From positions 1-53,814 of the IMG/VR virus record IMGVR_UViG_3300017565_000323: a stretch of 53,814 nt of DNA, one strand, 5' to 3'. Both the position numbers and the translations under genes were made by a program. This document shows positions 27,904-37,078 of the stretch, in pieces; positions within the stretch are counted from its first letter, which is position 1, and every line of letters starts with the position of its first letter. This DNA comes from a virus. Taxonomy: Duplodnaviria > Caudoviricetes. A model generated the notes under the pieces. That model was not told the origin of the DNA, did not search any database, and saw only the letters and a list, made by a program, of their open reading frames with translations.

Positions 27904-28840
27904 AAGCGTCGTTGGTCGTTCCGCTGCGTTTGAACGACGCTGAGAATACCCGTTTGATCTCGTCAAACGCTAAGGGGTCATGGTCAACACTCTTTGTGAA
28001 CCTCTCGGCGATTTCTGGATTGGACAAGTTCGGGTTGCTGCATTTGTCTTGATAGCATTGCATCGGCAAGCTAGATGCGTATCGGTTTTCGCGGTAGAGC
28101 GAGAAAAGCATATCTAGCACAACGCCAAGACGGTATGCGGTTACTAGATAAGTCGGCTTTGGTATATCGCCCCCATTAAGCCCCGCAAGGAAAGCTCCCT
28201 GCGACTTTTGTTGGTCCCCTAAATGGTGCACGCTATCGTCTAGCAGTTCACGAATAGTTGTTAGCCCGCGAAACAGCAGCGCACGAGACCGTAAAGGGGC
28301 TTGATCACGATTGATTTTGCACAGGGTGAACAAAAACTCGAAGCTTGCCTTGCATTTGATGTATTTGATTTCTTGGTCGTTGCATTGAAGTTCGAGTTTT
28401 TTGTTGGCTTCATCCAATATTTGAGATCGATTTAGTAGAGTTTGGACCTGCTCATCCCGAGGGCCATTTTGGGATTCGCGAACTTCTAAAACATTCTGGA
28501 TAAGCTTTGCGAACACATCATTGTCAATCTGGATGCCTTCGTTCGTCGCCCCATTAGCCGCCTCATCCGTCTTCAATGCACCCTTTTGTCCTAAATCCCG
28601 CCGCTGAAGCAATGCAACGGCCAATAGAATTAATGCCACTCCCCATGCCACTTCAGGTCGCGACGCAATTCGCCACGCTTCGCCAAGGACCCATGTCGGA
28701 TCGTTCTTTATTGTAATGAGAAGCGGCTTAAGTTCGTCAGATAATGCATCTCTGACTGCTACGCCGAACAAACACAATATGCTCAGCACTCCCGACCAAA
28801 TCAGAGCAAGCACCCCTTTCTTTCGATTGCCTGTTGTCAT
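27845..28840 (-). CDS. Low-GC membrane-anchored protein with coiled coil (moron)
   Basis: Two N-terminal TM segments; clearly more AT-rich than the rest. Confidence 0.7.
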   Translation of the reverse strand: MTTGNRKKGVLALIWSGVLSILCLFGVAVRDALSDELKPLLITIKNDPTWVLGEAWRIASRPEVAWGVALILLAVALLQRRDLGQKGALKTDEAANGATNEGIQIDNDVFAKLIQNVLEVRESQNGPRDEQVQTLLNRSQILDEANKKLELQCNDQEIKYIKCKASFEFLFTLCKINRDQAPLRSRALLFRGLTTIRELLDDSVHHLGDQQKSQGAFLAGLNGGDIPKPTYLVTAYRLGVVLDMLFSLYRENRYASSLPMQCYQDKCSNPNLSNPEIAERFTKSVDHDPLAFDEIKRVFSASFKRSGTTNDASTDNPSPADTPPESPHPRS

Positions 28841-29115
28841 TCCAACCCCTCGCACCCCTCGCTAATCCGCTCGAACCGCTGATCCTTGATCACCCAATCC
28901 CCCTCGATCGGCTGCTTGTTGATCTCCAACCGCCAGAGCTGAACAGGACCCTTGCGCGAGGGGATCGACCCGTTTAGCCACGCGATTCCGACCGAGCTGG
29001 ACCCGCGGGGCCCAACCATCACGCCGCAGACGGGGAGCTCGTGGAAGAGAGCATAGCCACGCGTGGGGCCGGCGTAGGCAAAGTAAGGCGGGGGCGGAAT
29101 GGGATCATTTGTCAT
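28837..29115 (-). CDS. Hypothetical protein
   Basis: Overlaps both neighbours on the minus strand. Confidence 0.55.
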   Translation of the reverse strand: MTNDPIPPPPYFAYAGPTRGYALFHELPVCGVMVGPRGSSSVGIAWLNGSIPSRKGPVQLWRLEINKQPIEGDWVIKDQRFERISEGCEGLE

Positions 29116-29842
29116 CGCGGAGCCCGGACTTGTCCAACGCTTCCAGCTTCTCTTTGGCGGTCCCAGCTTCGATCGAGTCAGGGTATTTGTCGATCACGTC
29201 CTGGTAATACTTGCGCGCGGCATCGGGCTTCTTCAGCTTCAGCAGGCCGTCACCCATGTTCAGGGTGGTGAACGCCCTGGGGTTGGATTCTGGCTTCTTT
29301 GGAGGCTCGGGAGGGAGTGGAGTGGGCTCAGGCATTTTGGTGATACCGATACCATCGGTGTTGAGCTGTTTGGCCAGATGCAGAATGTCGATCAGGGCCA
29401 TTGACGCGCCCGTATGCGTTCGTCCCGCAGCACGCAAGCTCATATAAGCGTTGATGTCATCGGAGGCCTGTCGCTTCGGCTTTCGGTCGCTCCCGTCCGG
29501 CATGACGAAATAGTCGAGCATTTCCAGGATCTCGACCGGCGACGTATGGATCCGCTTTGACCTGAGGGCAATGGTCGCACTGCAAATCAGGATCGAAATC
29601 TGAGTATCGTCATCGTCGTAAGCTGTCTGGACGCGTTCAAGCAGCGGTTTGTACGGATCGCATCGGCTGTCCGTGATTGGGACGAGGTCCATGTATTCCA
29701 GGATCGCCAGCTTGCGATCGGGCGAGGCGATCTTGACCTCGGCGATCAATCGTTCGTACGAAGGGGCGTCATCGGCATCGTTCGCTTCAGCGGACTGCCC
29801 CAGCAATGCAGCGCAGATCATGACGGCGACGCTGGCGTTCAT
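29105..29842 (-). CDS. Exported protein with C-terminal TPR
   Basis: Signal MNASVAVMICAALLGQSAEA; ARKYYQDVIDKYPDSIEAGTAKEKL. Confidence 0.7.
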   Translation of the reverse strand: MNASVAVMICAALLGQSAEANDADDAPSYERLIAEVKIASPDRKLAILEYMDLVPITDSRCDPYKPLLERVQTAYDDDDTQISILICSATIALRSKRIHTSPVEILEMLDYFVMPDGSDRKPKRQASDDINAYMSLRAAGRTHTGASMALIDILHLAKQLNTDGIGITKMPEPTPLPPEPPKKPESNPRAFTTLNMGDGLLKLKKPDAARKYYQDVIDKYPDSIEAGTAKEKLEALDKSGLRDDK

Positions 29843-30350
29843 GAGTTCATCCTCTCGTTTACCCGAATGACGATATCCGCAAGCTTGACCAAGGCTTTGA
29901 AGGCTACTCCGGCCGCCCATTCCACTCAGTTTTCGCGGCTAAACAAGGAGAGAATATGATTCCGTCGCATGATATCAGCATGTGGATTCCTGTCACGCGA
30001 GCTATAAATCACAACCCGGTTGAATCGACTGTCCGGTTTGATTAGGGTTTCCATGGCTACCTCGTAACGTCTTAGATAAACCACGGAGAGGACTCATGAG
30101 CATGGATATTTATTCGCTCGAAGTGGTGCCGTTCGCCGCCAAGGAACTCCCGTATCCCGAGGCGACCTTCGTGAACCAGTCGTGCAACGCGGCCGGCTGG
30201 TTCACCGCGATCACTAGAGTCTTTCCACTCGACGTTGAGTGGTGCGGAAGGTGTCCGCGCGATTTCTGTAATCTTACCAAGGGTGTCTGCCTAGTTATGG
30301 TGCAACAGCGGATCGCGGACTCCGAGGCACCGGAACTTCGATTACGCGAA

Positions 30351-30659
30351 CTACCCAGGGTCGCCGCGTCCGATCTGGACACGTGTCGGTGTGACCATGG
30401 GAGACACCTGTTGATTAGTAGTCACCAGACGATCTAAGTGTTCGAGAAACGCCGCGGCGGCGTGGTTCGATAGTCGAATCTCGTCGCCGCGCTCCATCAT
30501 GACTGTTACCTCGGATCGTGGGTCCGGGTCGCCAACTTTGCGCGATGATATTAGATATCTCAAATTAAGCACCCATTCTCCGGCCTCGACTAGCATGCAG
30601 TGATCTCCCCGTCCGTTGAGTTCAGCTAGCACCTTTGGTTCTCCGCTTCCCTGCGGCAT
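30351..30659 (-). CDS. Hypothetical protein downstream of repressor
   Basis: LVEAGEWVLNLRYL...AAAFLEHLD pattern. Confidence 0.5.
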   Translation of the reverse strand: MPQGSGEPKVLAELNGRGDHCMLVEAGEWVLNLRYLISSRKVGDPDPRSEVTVMMERGDEIRLSNHAAAAFLEHLDRLVTTNQQVSPMVTPTRVQIGRGDPG

Positions 30660-31104
30660 CCGTTTCAGTAATGACCTTCGTCGGGGTCGCCACGCCCGTC
30701 GAACGCACTTCCTCTAGTTCGCGCCTGTAAAGTTCGGCGATCTTCATATGAAATCGCGTATGCATCCGCGAGAGATACCGCTCGTACTCCTCGTCGCCGA
30801 CATCCTGGCCGGTGAACGGGGAAAAGACCTGGTCGACACCGGTTTCCCTCGCCAGCTCGAGCAATGCGAGTTCTTCCATCGTTCGCGACAGCGTGGGGGG
30901 ATCGTCTATCGCGTCGTCGGCCAAATACTCAACCGACACCCCGAAGACACGGGCCAGGCGTAGCGCGGACTTTACGTCGGGGACCTGGGTTCCAGTGAAC
31001 CATCGGTTAATTCGGTCCTTCGATTCGCCCAGGATCCGCGCAAGGTCGCGCTGGCTTAAGCCCTTTTGGCTCAACAGGTTATTGAGCTTCGATGCGATGT
31101 CCAT
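30622..31104 (-). CDS. XRE-family (cI-like) repressor
   Basis: KGLSQRDLARILGESKDRINRWFTGTQVPD...LARVFGVSVEYL. Confidence 0.88.
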   Translation of the reverse strand: MDIASKLNNLLSQKGLSQRDLARILGESKDRINRWFTGTQVPDVKSALRLARVFGVSVEYLADDAIDDPPTLSRTMEELALLELARETGVDQVFSPFTGQDVGDEEYERYLSRMHTRFHMKIAELYRRELEEVRSTGVATPTKVITETDAAGKRRTKGAS

Positions 31105-31180
31105 GCGGTCGATCATTGCGAAGCGTCCAAGCAGTGTCGAGACGTGTTGAAGCTAAATCAGAAAAATCTCAGAAAAACTG

Positions 31181-31209
31181 TTGGCGTGTCGCAGATTTCG
31201 CGATAGTAT
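31181..31209 (+). promoter_or_regulatory. Sigma70-like rightward early promoter with operator-like TGTC..GACA elements
   Basis: TTGGCG-17 nt-TAGTAT; flanking TGTCGAGAC, TGTCGCAGA, TGTCTCAGACA, TGTGCGACA. Confidence 0.65.
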
Positions 31210-31265
31210 GTCTCAGACAGTTCGATCGGTTGCAACGAATGTGCGACATAGAAGGAGGCCCACTT

Positions 31266-31478
31266 GTGGCGCGACCACCTGGACGACGAACGCTGCCCGC
31301 TCAGTTGAGCACTAAGACGAGCTTTCATTTGGACCCACAAATCTTCCGAGACCTTCGGATTCGATCTCTCGCGGAGGAGTTTGGATCCGCAAGCGAGTGG
31401 CTGCATGACCTGCTTTGCCGGGAACTCGATCGGGAAGACCTCCGGATCGAGAACACCCAGCATGCCAAGTCGCACTAA
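31266..31478 (+). CDS. Ribbon-helix-helix regulator in Cro position
   Basis: AAGGAGG RBS, GTG start; KTSFHLDPQIFRDLR...SASEWLHDLL. Confidence 0.7.
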   Translation: MARPPGRRTLPAQLSTKTSFHLDPQIFRDLRIRSLAEEFGSASEWLHDLLCRELDREDLRIENTQHAKSH

Positions 31479-31551
31479 TCCACCCTGAACAGCATAACCC
31501 GTTCACGCGTCATTTTCCACAAACCCAACCACGGAAGGTTTAGGAGTTCAC

Positions 31552-32388
31552 ATGGAAGGCAAGAACCAGCTTCAACTCGTGTCGTTTTACGGCGACCAAA
31601 TCGAGGCCATCCAGGGCCGCGACGGACGTATCTACGTCGCAGTCAAACGTGTCTGCGAGAACCTGGGGATCGACTTCAGCCGGCAGATTCGCAAGCTCAG
31701 AGAGCACGCGTGGTCTGGTATGGTCGAAATGTCCACACCAGACTTAAGGGGTCGCGAGCAGGTGACTTGCGTCATCCCGCTCGACTCTCTCCCAATGTGG
31801 ATGGTCACGATCCACGAAGGCAAAGTCTCCCCGGAGATCCGCGAGAAACTTCGCCAGTACCAACTCGAGGCCCGCGACGTGTTGGCCAAGCATTTCCTAG
31901 GCGACCGGGCCGCGACTCCGGCCGTAGCCGCCAATGTCGATCCTCGCCTAGCTCAGTGGGAACTGATCAACAACCTCATTCACCAGCAGATTGAGGCGGA
32001 ACGCCGACTCGGTTCGGTGGAGTCCGCCGCTAGCCTTACGGCCGCACGCGTCAACGACCTGGACTCCGACCACTCCCAGCTTCACCTGACGGTGACGCAT
32101 CTCACGTCGGAGCTTGAAAACCTGAAGTGCTCGGCCATGGCGACGAGCGGCTATCGTTCCCTCTCGTCGTGGGCGCGAGAGCACGGTATTCGCCTGAGTC
32201 CCGAGCGGAGTCGGGCCGAGGGCTCGGTCATCAAATCGATCGCTCTCAACATGGGCATCAAGCCGGTCAAGCTTCCCGGCGGCGGTTACCGCCCGATCAA
32301 CGGCTACCCTCGCGCGGTAGCGGATGTCTGGCTCGCGAATTACATCCATCGCGAAAACGAGCGGCACCCCAAGCTCTTCCACGCGTGA
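31552..32388 (+). CDS. Phage antirepressor (P22 AR N-terminal domain)
   Basis: YVAVKRVCENLGIDFSRQIRKL, IPLDSLPMW, IREKLRQYQLEARDVL. Confidence 0.88.
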   Translation: MEGKNQLQLVSFYGDQIEAIQGRDGRIYVAVKRVCENLGIDFSRQIRKLREHAWSGMVEMSTPDLRGREQVTCVIPLDSLPMWMVTIHEGKVSPEIREKLRQYQLEARDVLAKHFLGDRAATPAVAANVDPRLAQWELINNLIHQQIEAERRLGSVESAASLTAARVNDLDSDHSQLHLTVTHLTSELENLKCSAMATSGYRSLSSWAREHGIRLSPERSRAEGSVIKSIALNMGIKPVKLPGGGYRPINGYPRAVADVWLANYIHRENERHPKLFHA

Positions 32389-32442
32389 TCCACTCCACCC
32401 TCTAAACCTCTGCTCATGGACGAGCTCAAAGGAGACTCAAAG

Positions 32443-32763
32443 GTGAAACCGATCAGGACGACGATTTTCGCCTTCTCGCTTCTCTCGACCGGCTGCGTGA
32501 TGTCGGTCAGCAAGCTTCCACCCAACTCAGGCCCGCCGACATGGCAAGGCGAGATTGGAGGCTACCAAGGGCCGATTCAGTCGGCTCCCCCGCAATCAAC
32601 ACCAGGCTATCCGCCCGGCACGCCAAGCCCCACCAGAGACCTGGGGCCACTGCCGCCAGCGAGTGAGCGAGAACTTGAGGTGCCGAGGCTGGGGACGTCT
32701 GGCCCGGCGACGCATAGGCCTCGAGTTCGATCCGCTTCCCGTCTCTGCATGCTGCCGGAGTAA
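32443..32763 (+). CDS. Pro-rich putative lipoprotein
   Basis: Lipobox-like LLSTGC after hydrophobic stretch; AAGGAG upstream. Confidence 0.55.
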   Translation: MKPIRTTIFAFSLLSTGCVMSVSKLPPNSGPPTWQGEIGGYQGPIQSAPPQSTPGYPPGTPSPTRDLGPLPPASERELEVPRLGTSGPATHRPRVRSASRLCMLPE

Positions 32764-32862
32764 GGCGGCCTCTTTCGGGCGATGGATGCCCGCCAATCCG
32801 TTTCATTAACCAAACCGCATTCGTGCGTGCCGTGGAAGGTACGCGCCGAGAAAGGAGGGGAT

Positions 32863-33594
32863 GTGTTTATACGAGTGGGTGAAATCGCGATCGCTCTTAG
32901 CGCGATCACTGAAGTGTACGACTCCTTAAAGAAGGAGAAGTACCGGCAAAACAAGGTGGCCGTAACCGTGCTCGGTCGGCCGTTCGGCGAGGACTATGAG
33001 TTCGAGGACGCTCAAGCCGACGAGTTTCGTCGTCAGTTCGAGGCTTGCCTTGCCGCCCAGACTCCGGTCAGCCGCTACAAGGTTGGCGACCATGTCATGC
33101 GTGAGGACGGGACGATCGACGCGATCCGCGAAGTGCGCGGCGAATTCGTCCAATGCCGGACCGAGGAAGGCTACGTAACTGAATGGATGCTCGCGGCCGA
33201 CCTGGCGGCCACCACCGCTTCCGTCCCAGCCTCGCTTCTCCCCTTCAAAGTCGGCGACAAGCTCACCGGCCCGAGGGGATGCATCTGTCGAATCCTCTCG
33301 ATCGAGGGTGGCGAGGCGACCCTTGAGCGTGTTCTCGACAAGGGCGTCATCAAGCGGTCACTGGCCGAACTTCGGCACTGGATCGCAGGCGACACCCAGC
33401 CCACCCCTGCCGAACCCGAAGCCCAAGCCGAACCTGAACCCGCACCGTTCAAAGTCGGGGACAAGGTCGTCGACTCCGGGGGCGACGAAGGCGAGATCGC
33501 CCGCATCGAGGGTGAGATCGCCACAGTGGACTTCGGCGGCCTCCTGGGCTGGGTGACTCGCTCTCTCTCTCAGCTTCGTCACGACGACGACTGA
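32863..33594 (+). CDS. Protein with three KOW/SH3-like repeats
   Basis: AAGGAGG RBS; YKVGDHV, FKVGDKL, FKVGDKV. Confidence 0.7.
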   Translation: MFIRVGEIAIALSAITEVYDSLKKEKYRQNKVAVTVLGRPFGEDYEFEDAQADEFRRQFEACLAAQTPVSRYKVGDHVMREDGTIDAIREVRGEFVQCRTEEGYVTEWMLAADLAATTASVPASLLPFKVGDKLTGPRGCICRILSIEGGEATLERVLDKGVIKRSLAELRHWIAGDTQPTPAEPEAQAEPEPAPFKVGDKVVDSGGDEGEIARIEGEIATVDFGGLLGWVTRSLSQLRHDDD

Positions 33595-33656
33595 CCGTTT
33601 CACGCATCCCGTTCCGTTGATCAATCACAAGCCCCATCACGCAAGAGGATCAACCA

Positions 33657-33815
33657 ATGACCACATCTCCATCGGAGCCCGAGAAGCCTACTGTCACCGC
33701 CCGCATGATCGCCCGGACGCCCGCGTTCATGGACGCGTGCAAGGAAAAGGGCGTCGAGCCCACCGTCCGACAGGCCCGCAAGTACCGCCGAAAAGAGGGC
33801 CGCTGGAAGGTCTGA
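33657..33815 (+). CDS. Small basic protein (52 aa, not in ORF track)
   Basis: GAGGA RBS; MTTSPSEPEK...FMDACKEKGVEPTVRQARKYRRKEGRWKV. Confidence 0.6.
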   Translation: MTTSPSEPEKPTVTARMIARTPAFMDACKEKGVEPTVRQARKYRRKEGRWKV

Positions 33816-33879
33816 TCGGATTCGTTGTTGTCGCTGTGTTTGCTTTCCCATCACATGACCATCACATAAGGACTCTGCA

Positions 33880-34248
33880 ATGTCTGAACGGCAATCACCC
33901 TACAGTCTCCTGTGGGACATCGTCACGGATCACCGCGACATCACGCGTAAGAAAGCTGCGATCGCCGAGCTTGAGGCGGCCAACGCGCCCCGTATTCAGC
34001 AGCTTGCCGTACTCGTGCCCTTCGGTGAGTCCAAGCGAGTGAGCGTCAAGGTCGGCCAGTATGGCGAGCCGACGCTCGTGCTCATGATCCACGACTGCGA
34101 CGGATTCCACTTGGTGATCGACGAGTCCGACTCGGCCTACAGTCTCGCGTGGCCCGAGGAACCCGAGGCCCGAGGCTCTACCGGCAAGCCCGAGAACGAG
34201 GACGACACGGACAGTGCGGCCGTGGCTCTACTGGACGACGTTGCCTGA
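33880..34248 (+). CDS. Hypothetical protein
   Basis: TAAGGA RBS; in early operon. Confidence 0.65.
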   Translation: MSERQSPYSLLWDIVTDHRDITRKKAAIAELEAANAPRIQQLAVLVPFGESKRVSVKVGQYGEPTLVLMIHDCDGFHLVIDESDSAYSLAWPEEPEARGSTGKPENEDDTDSAAVALLDDVA

Positions 34249-34265
34249 TATGAAAGGACTCCCCC

Positions 34266-34499
34266 ATGTTGGGAAAAAACCGCCAAGTATTCGAGCGCCG
34301 CCGCCACTCGAAACGCATCAAGGTATTACGCCGCTGCTATGACTGCGGAACCCTGATGCTCTGGGGTCGACAGCCCCATCAACGCCACCTCATCTGTGGA
34401 GGTTGCGAACGCGCCAACCGCAAGGCCGAGCGATTGCTCGGTCCCTACCTTCCCCTTCTGAAACAAGCCTTCAATGAAGGATCGCATAGATGCGCGTAA
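34266..34499 (+). CDS. Small zinc-finger protein
   Basis: CYDC...CGGC; AAGGA RBS. Confidence 0.6.
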   Translation: MLGKNRQVFERRRHSKRIKVLRRCYDCGTLMLWGRQPHQRHLICGGCERANRKAERLLGPYLPLLKQAFNEGSHRCA

Positions 34500-35323
34500 G
34501 CCTACTGATCTGCGGTCTGATCCTGGGCATCGTCGCTGGCTGTGCCACCTGTGGCACGTGCCAGGGGGCGGCATACCACCGGCCGAAGTGGCGGGCCGTG
34601 GCGAGCTCCCAGAATGACCAGGTCCCCCCGCCCGAGGGCCCACATGCTCGACCGATCGGGACGCGGGAGGCGGACGACTTCGCCACGCCCCCCGTCGATG
34701 GGCCGGATGAGCTGGTCGACATGGGCGACGAGGAACCCGAGCCCGAGCTCGAGGTCCCCGTCAGGCCCAAAAAGAAGAAGGCTCGAACCCGCTTGGTCAA
34801 GGAGACCGATGGCGGGATGGTGATCGAGCAGCATGGTTCCGGAGCGATCTATCTCAACTCCCCAGGAGTCCAGCCGCATGCTCAAACCCAGGTTCCGGCC
34901 CTGGCTGCTCAGGTACCACTCATGGCAGCCGCTCCGGCCGTACCGATCATCCCCGGTCCATTCACGGATGCTCAGGTGTTCGGAATGGCGAAGCGAGTTG
35001 GAGGGGGGCTGTACTACGCCTTCACGGGCAAGTGCCCCACCTTCAAGCCCAAGGCGGCCGTGGCTCCGGCAGTAGGCGTGGGTTACGTCCAGCAGACGAG
35101 TATCGCACTGGTACCCCAGACCAGCTACGCCGCGGTGCCCGTGCAAACCCTCGCGCCGGTGCAAGTGCCGGTGGCGGCGGCTCAGGTCCCCCAGGTGTAT
35201 CAGCCGCTGGCTCAGGTACCGGTATCGGCTCCGGCTGCTCCCGTGGCCACCCCGACCCCGCAAACGCCCCTGGCAAGCCCCCAGTCGGCACCGCGTAAAT
35301 CCCTCTTCGGTCTCGGCCGTTGA
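34490..35323 (+). CDS. Exported/lipoprotein, Pro/Ala/Val/Gln-rich
   Basis: MRVSLLICGLILGIVAGC signal/lipobox. Confidence 0.6.
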   Translation: MRVSLLICGLILGIVAGCATCGTCQGAAYHRPKWRAVASSQNDQVPPPEGPHARPIGTREADDFATPPVDGPDELVDMGDEEPEPELEVPVRPKKKKARTRLVKETDGGMVIEQHGSGAIYLNSPGVQPHAQTQVPALAAQVPLMAAAPAVPIIPGPFTDAQVFGMAKRVGGGLYYAFTGKCPTFKPKAAVAPAVGVGYVQQTSIALVPQTSYAAVPVQTLAPVQVPVAAAQVPQVYQPLAQVPVSAPAAPVATPTPQTPLASPQSAPRKSLFGLGR

Positions 35324-35330
35324 GACTTCG

Positions 35331-35354
35331 GCCGGGCCCCGCAAGGGGTCCGGC
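35331..35354 (+). other. Strong GNRA-capped hairpin without U tract
   Basis: GCCGGGCCCC-GCAA-GGGGTCCGGC. Confidence 0.6.
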
Positions 35355-35376
35355 AACTTACCAGGGGGAACACGCG

Positions 35377-35583
35377 ATGATGAATCAACAAATCCACCAT
35401 CCCGACTTTGACATCCATTGTCTGATCGAGGCGGTGTTCGGCGCGAAGGAGTTGCTCGAAGCCAATCCGGTCCACGAACACCAGGAGATCGACAAGGCGA
35501 CCGAGGAAGCTTTCCAACGAGCGACGTTCCGGCTCAAGCACGCGATCAACTGCGTCAAGCGGGTTCGAGGACAGAGGGAATAG
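35377..35583 (+). CDS. Hypothetical protein
   Basis: In-operon ORF. Confidence 0.55.
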   Translation: MMNQQIHHPDFDIHCLIEAVFGAKELLEANPVHEHQEIDKATEEAFQRATFRLKHAINCVKRVRGQRE

Positions 35584-35586
35584 GCC

Positions 35587-35853
35587 ATGGCCCCGGAAGA
35601 CGAGCCGGAGATTTCGGAAGCCGCATTCTATGACGCGTTATATGACGCGTTAGAGGAAACCGAAACCGTGGTCCTGATCGAGCGATACGAGCGTACGCGG
35701 GCCGAGCATGGGGAGAACGCTAAAGAGACCGACCAGGCCGAGCATCGGCTCGTGATGGCCCTGATGAGGCGCAAGGAATCACTCGTCTGGAATTGCCGCC
35801 GCTACCTCGCATGCCGTGAGACCGGACGCCTCTATCGCATCAAAGTTTGCTAG
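35587..35853 (+). CDS. Hypothetical protein with 12-bp tandem duplication
   Basis: TATGACGCGTTA x2 at 35629-35652. Confidence 0.6.
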   Translation: MAPEDEPEISEAAFYDALYDALEETETVVLIERYERTRAEHGENAKETDQAEHRLVMALMRRKESLVWNCRRYLACRETGRLYRIKVC

Positions 35854-35856
35854 GGA

Positions 35857-36192
35857 TTGATTATGACCGAACACGAAACTGATCACTTATCGCTCGACTG
35901 GATCGATCGAGTGTGGCTGGAGACCAAGCGATGGATTGGGCCCTGTTTGCCGCCGCGACCCTCGGACTCGTCGGAGCCCGACTCCTGCGATACCGACTCA
36001 CCCACGGTCGATGGCCCGGTGTTCGTCGGTTACGTCAACGCGGATCCCCAGTGGCCCGTCGATCGGCTGGGACCGGAGCCGAACTGGTTTCTGACCGAGA
36101 TGGGTGAGCTGCGGGATTACTGGGAGGACTCGCAGACAGGGGATTACCGGGGCGAAGTGCTGGATACGTATCGACGTCAACAGGGGTTTTGA
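35857..36192 (+). CDS. Hypothetical protein
   Basis: In-operon ORF. Confidence 0.55.
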   Translation: MIMTEHETDHLSLDWIDRVWLETKRWIGPCLPPRPSDSSEPDSCDTDSPTVDGPVFVGYVNADPQWPVDRLGPEPNWFLTEMGELRDYWEDSQTGDYRGEVLDTYRRQQGF

Positions 36193-36193
36193 A

Positions 36194-37078
36194 ATGAGTC
36201 TTGTAACCGATAAAGCGGCGTGGTTGGCGGAACGTCGGTCGGGAATCGGGGCGAGCGAGGCGGCCGGGATCTTAGGGATTCACCCTTATATGTCGGCTCG
36301 CTCCATCTACCTCGACAAGCTCGGCCAACTCCCCCAGGAGCCCGAGAACGACGCGATGCGGTGGGGGAACCTGCTCGAGCCCGTGATCGCCCAGGAGTAC
36401 GAGCGGCGGACGGGAAACGCCGTGCTCGAACAGCAAGTGTTCATGCGAAGCGAGGAGCGGCCCTACCTGCTTGCCACCCTCGACGGCATGACGGCGGCCG
36501 GGCACCCGGTCGAGTTCAAGACCACGGGGATCTGGGCGAAGGCCGAGCTCGGAGCCGAGGGGACGAGCGACATTCCCGAGCACTGGATCGTTCAGGCTCA
36601 TCAGCAAATGTTCGTCAGTCAGACGGACCGCGTGGAATTCGCCGTGCTGGTCGGCGGCCAGGACTTCCGGCTGTACGAGGTTCGCCGCGACGAGGAGATT
36701 TTGGGCGGCATGCTCCCGGAGCTCGAACAGTTCTGGCTTGCCGTCGAGACCCGCACGCCCCCGGACCGGTTCCACCGCGCCGACGCGAGGATCATGCACC
36801 TGATCCATCCGGATTGCGAGGGCGAGATCGACCTCGACACTGAGGTGATGGACCTGGTCAACGACTGGCTCGCCGCGGCGGCAGAGAAGCGGCTGATCGA
36901 GGATCGGCGGGAAGGACTGAAGGCTAAGATCCTCGATCGGCTGGGGCCATTCGGAAAGGGGCATCTGCCCGATGGGCGGATCGTGACTCGGAAGATTATG
37001 GACGTGGCCGAGTCGACCTACACGCGCAAAGCCTATTCATTCACTGATATGCGAATCAAGAAAGGAACGCCCCGATGA
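36194..37078 (+). CDS. YqaJ-family (lambda exo-like) exonuclease
   Basis: WLAERRSGIGASE, WGNLLEPVI, ATLDG, EFKT, QAHQQM. Confidence 0.93.
   Translation: MSLVTDKAAWLAERRSGIGASEAAGILGIHPYMSARSIYLDKLGQLPQEPENDAMRWGNLLEPVIAQEYERRTGNAVLEQQVFMRSEERPYLLATLDGMTAAGHPVEFKTTGIWAKAELGAEGTSDIPEHWIVQAHQQMFVSQTDRVEFAVLVGGQDFRLYEVRRDEEILGGMLPELEQFWLAVETRTPPDRFHRADARIMHLIHPDCEGEIDLDTEVMDLVNDWLAAAAEKRLIEDRREGLKAKILDRLGPFGKGHLPDGRIVTRKIMDVAESTYTRKAYSFTDMRIKKGTPR

Noticed and set aside
29921-30437. ORFs 30096-30437 (+) and 30110-30382 (-)
   Set aside because: No motifs or convincing coupling; the region may be regulatory and remains unresolved
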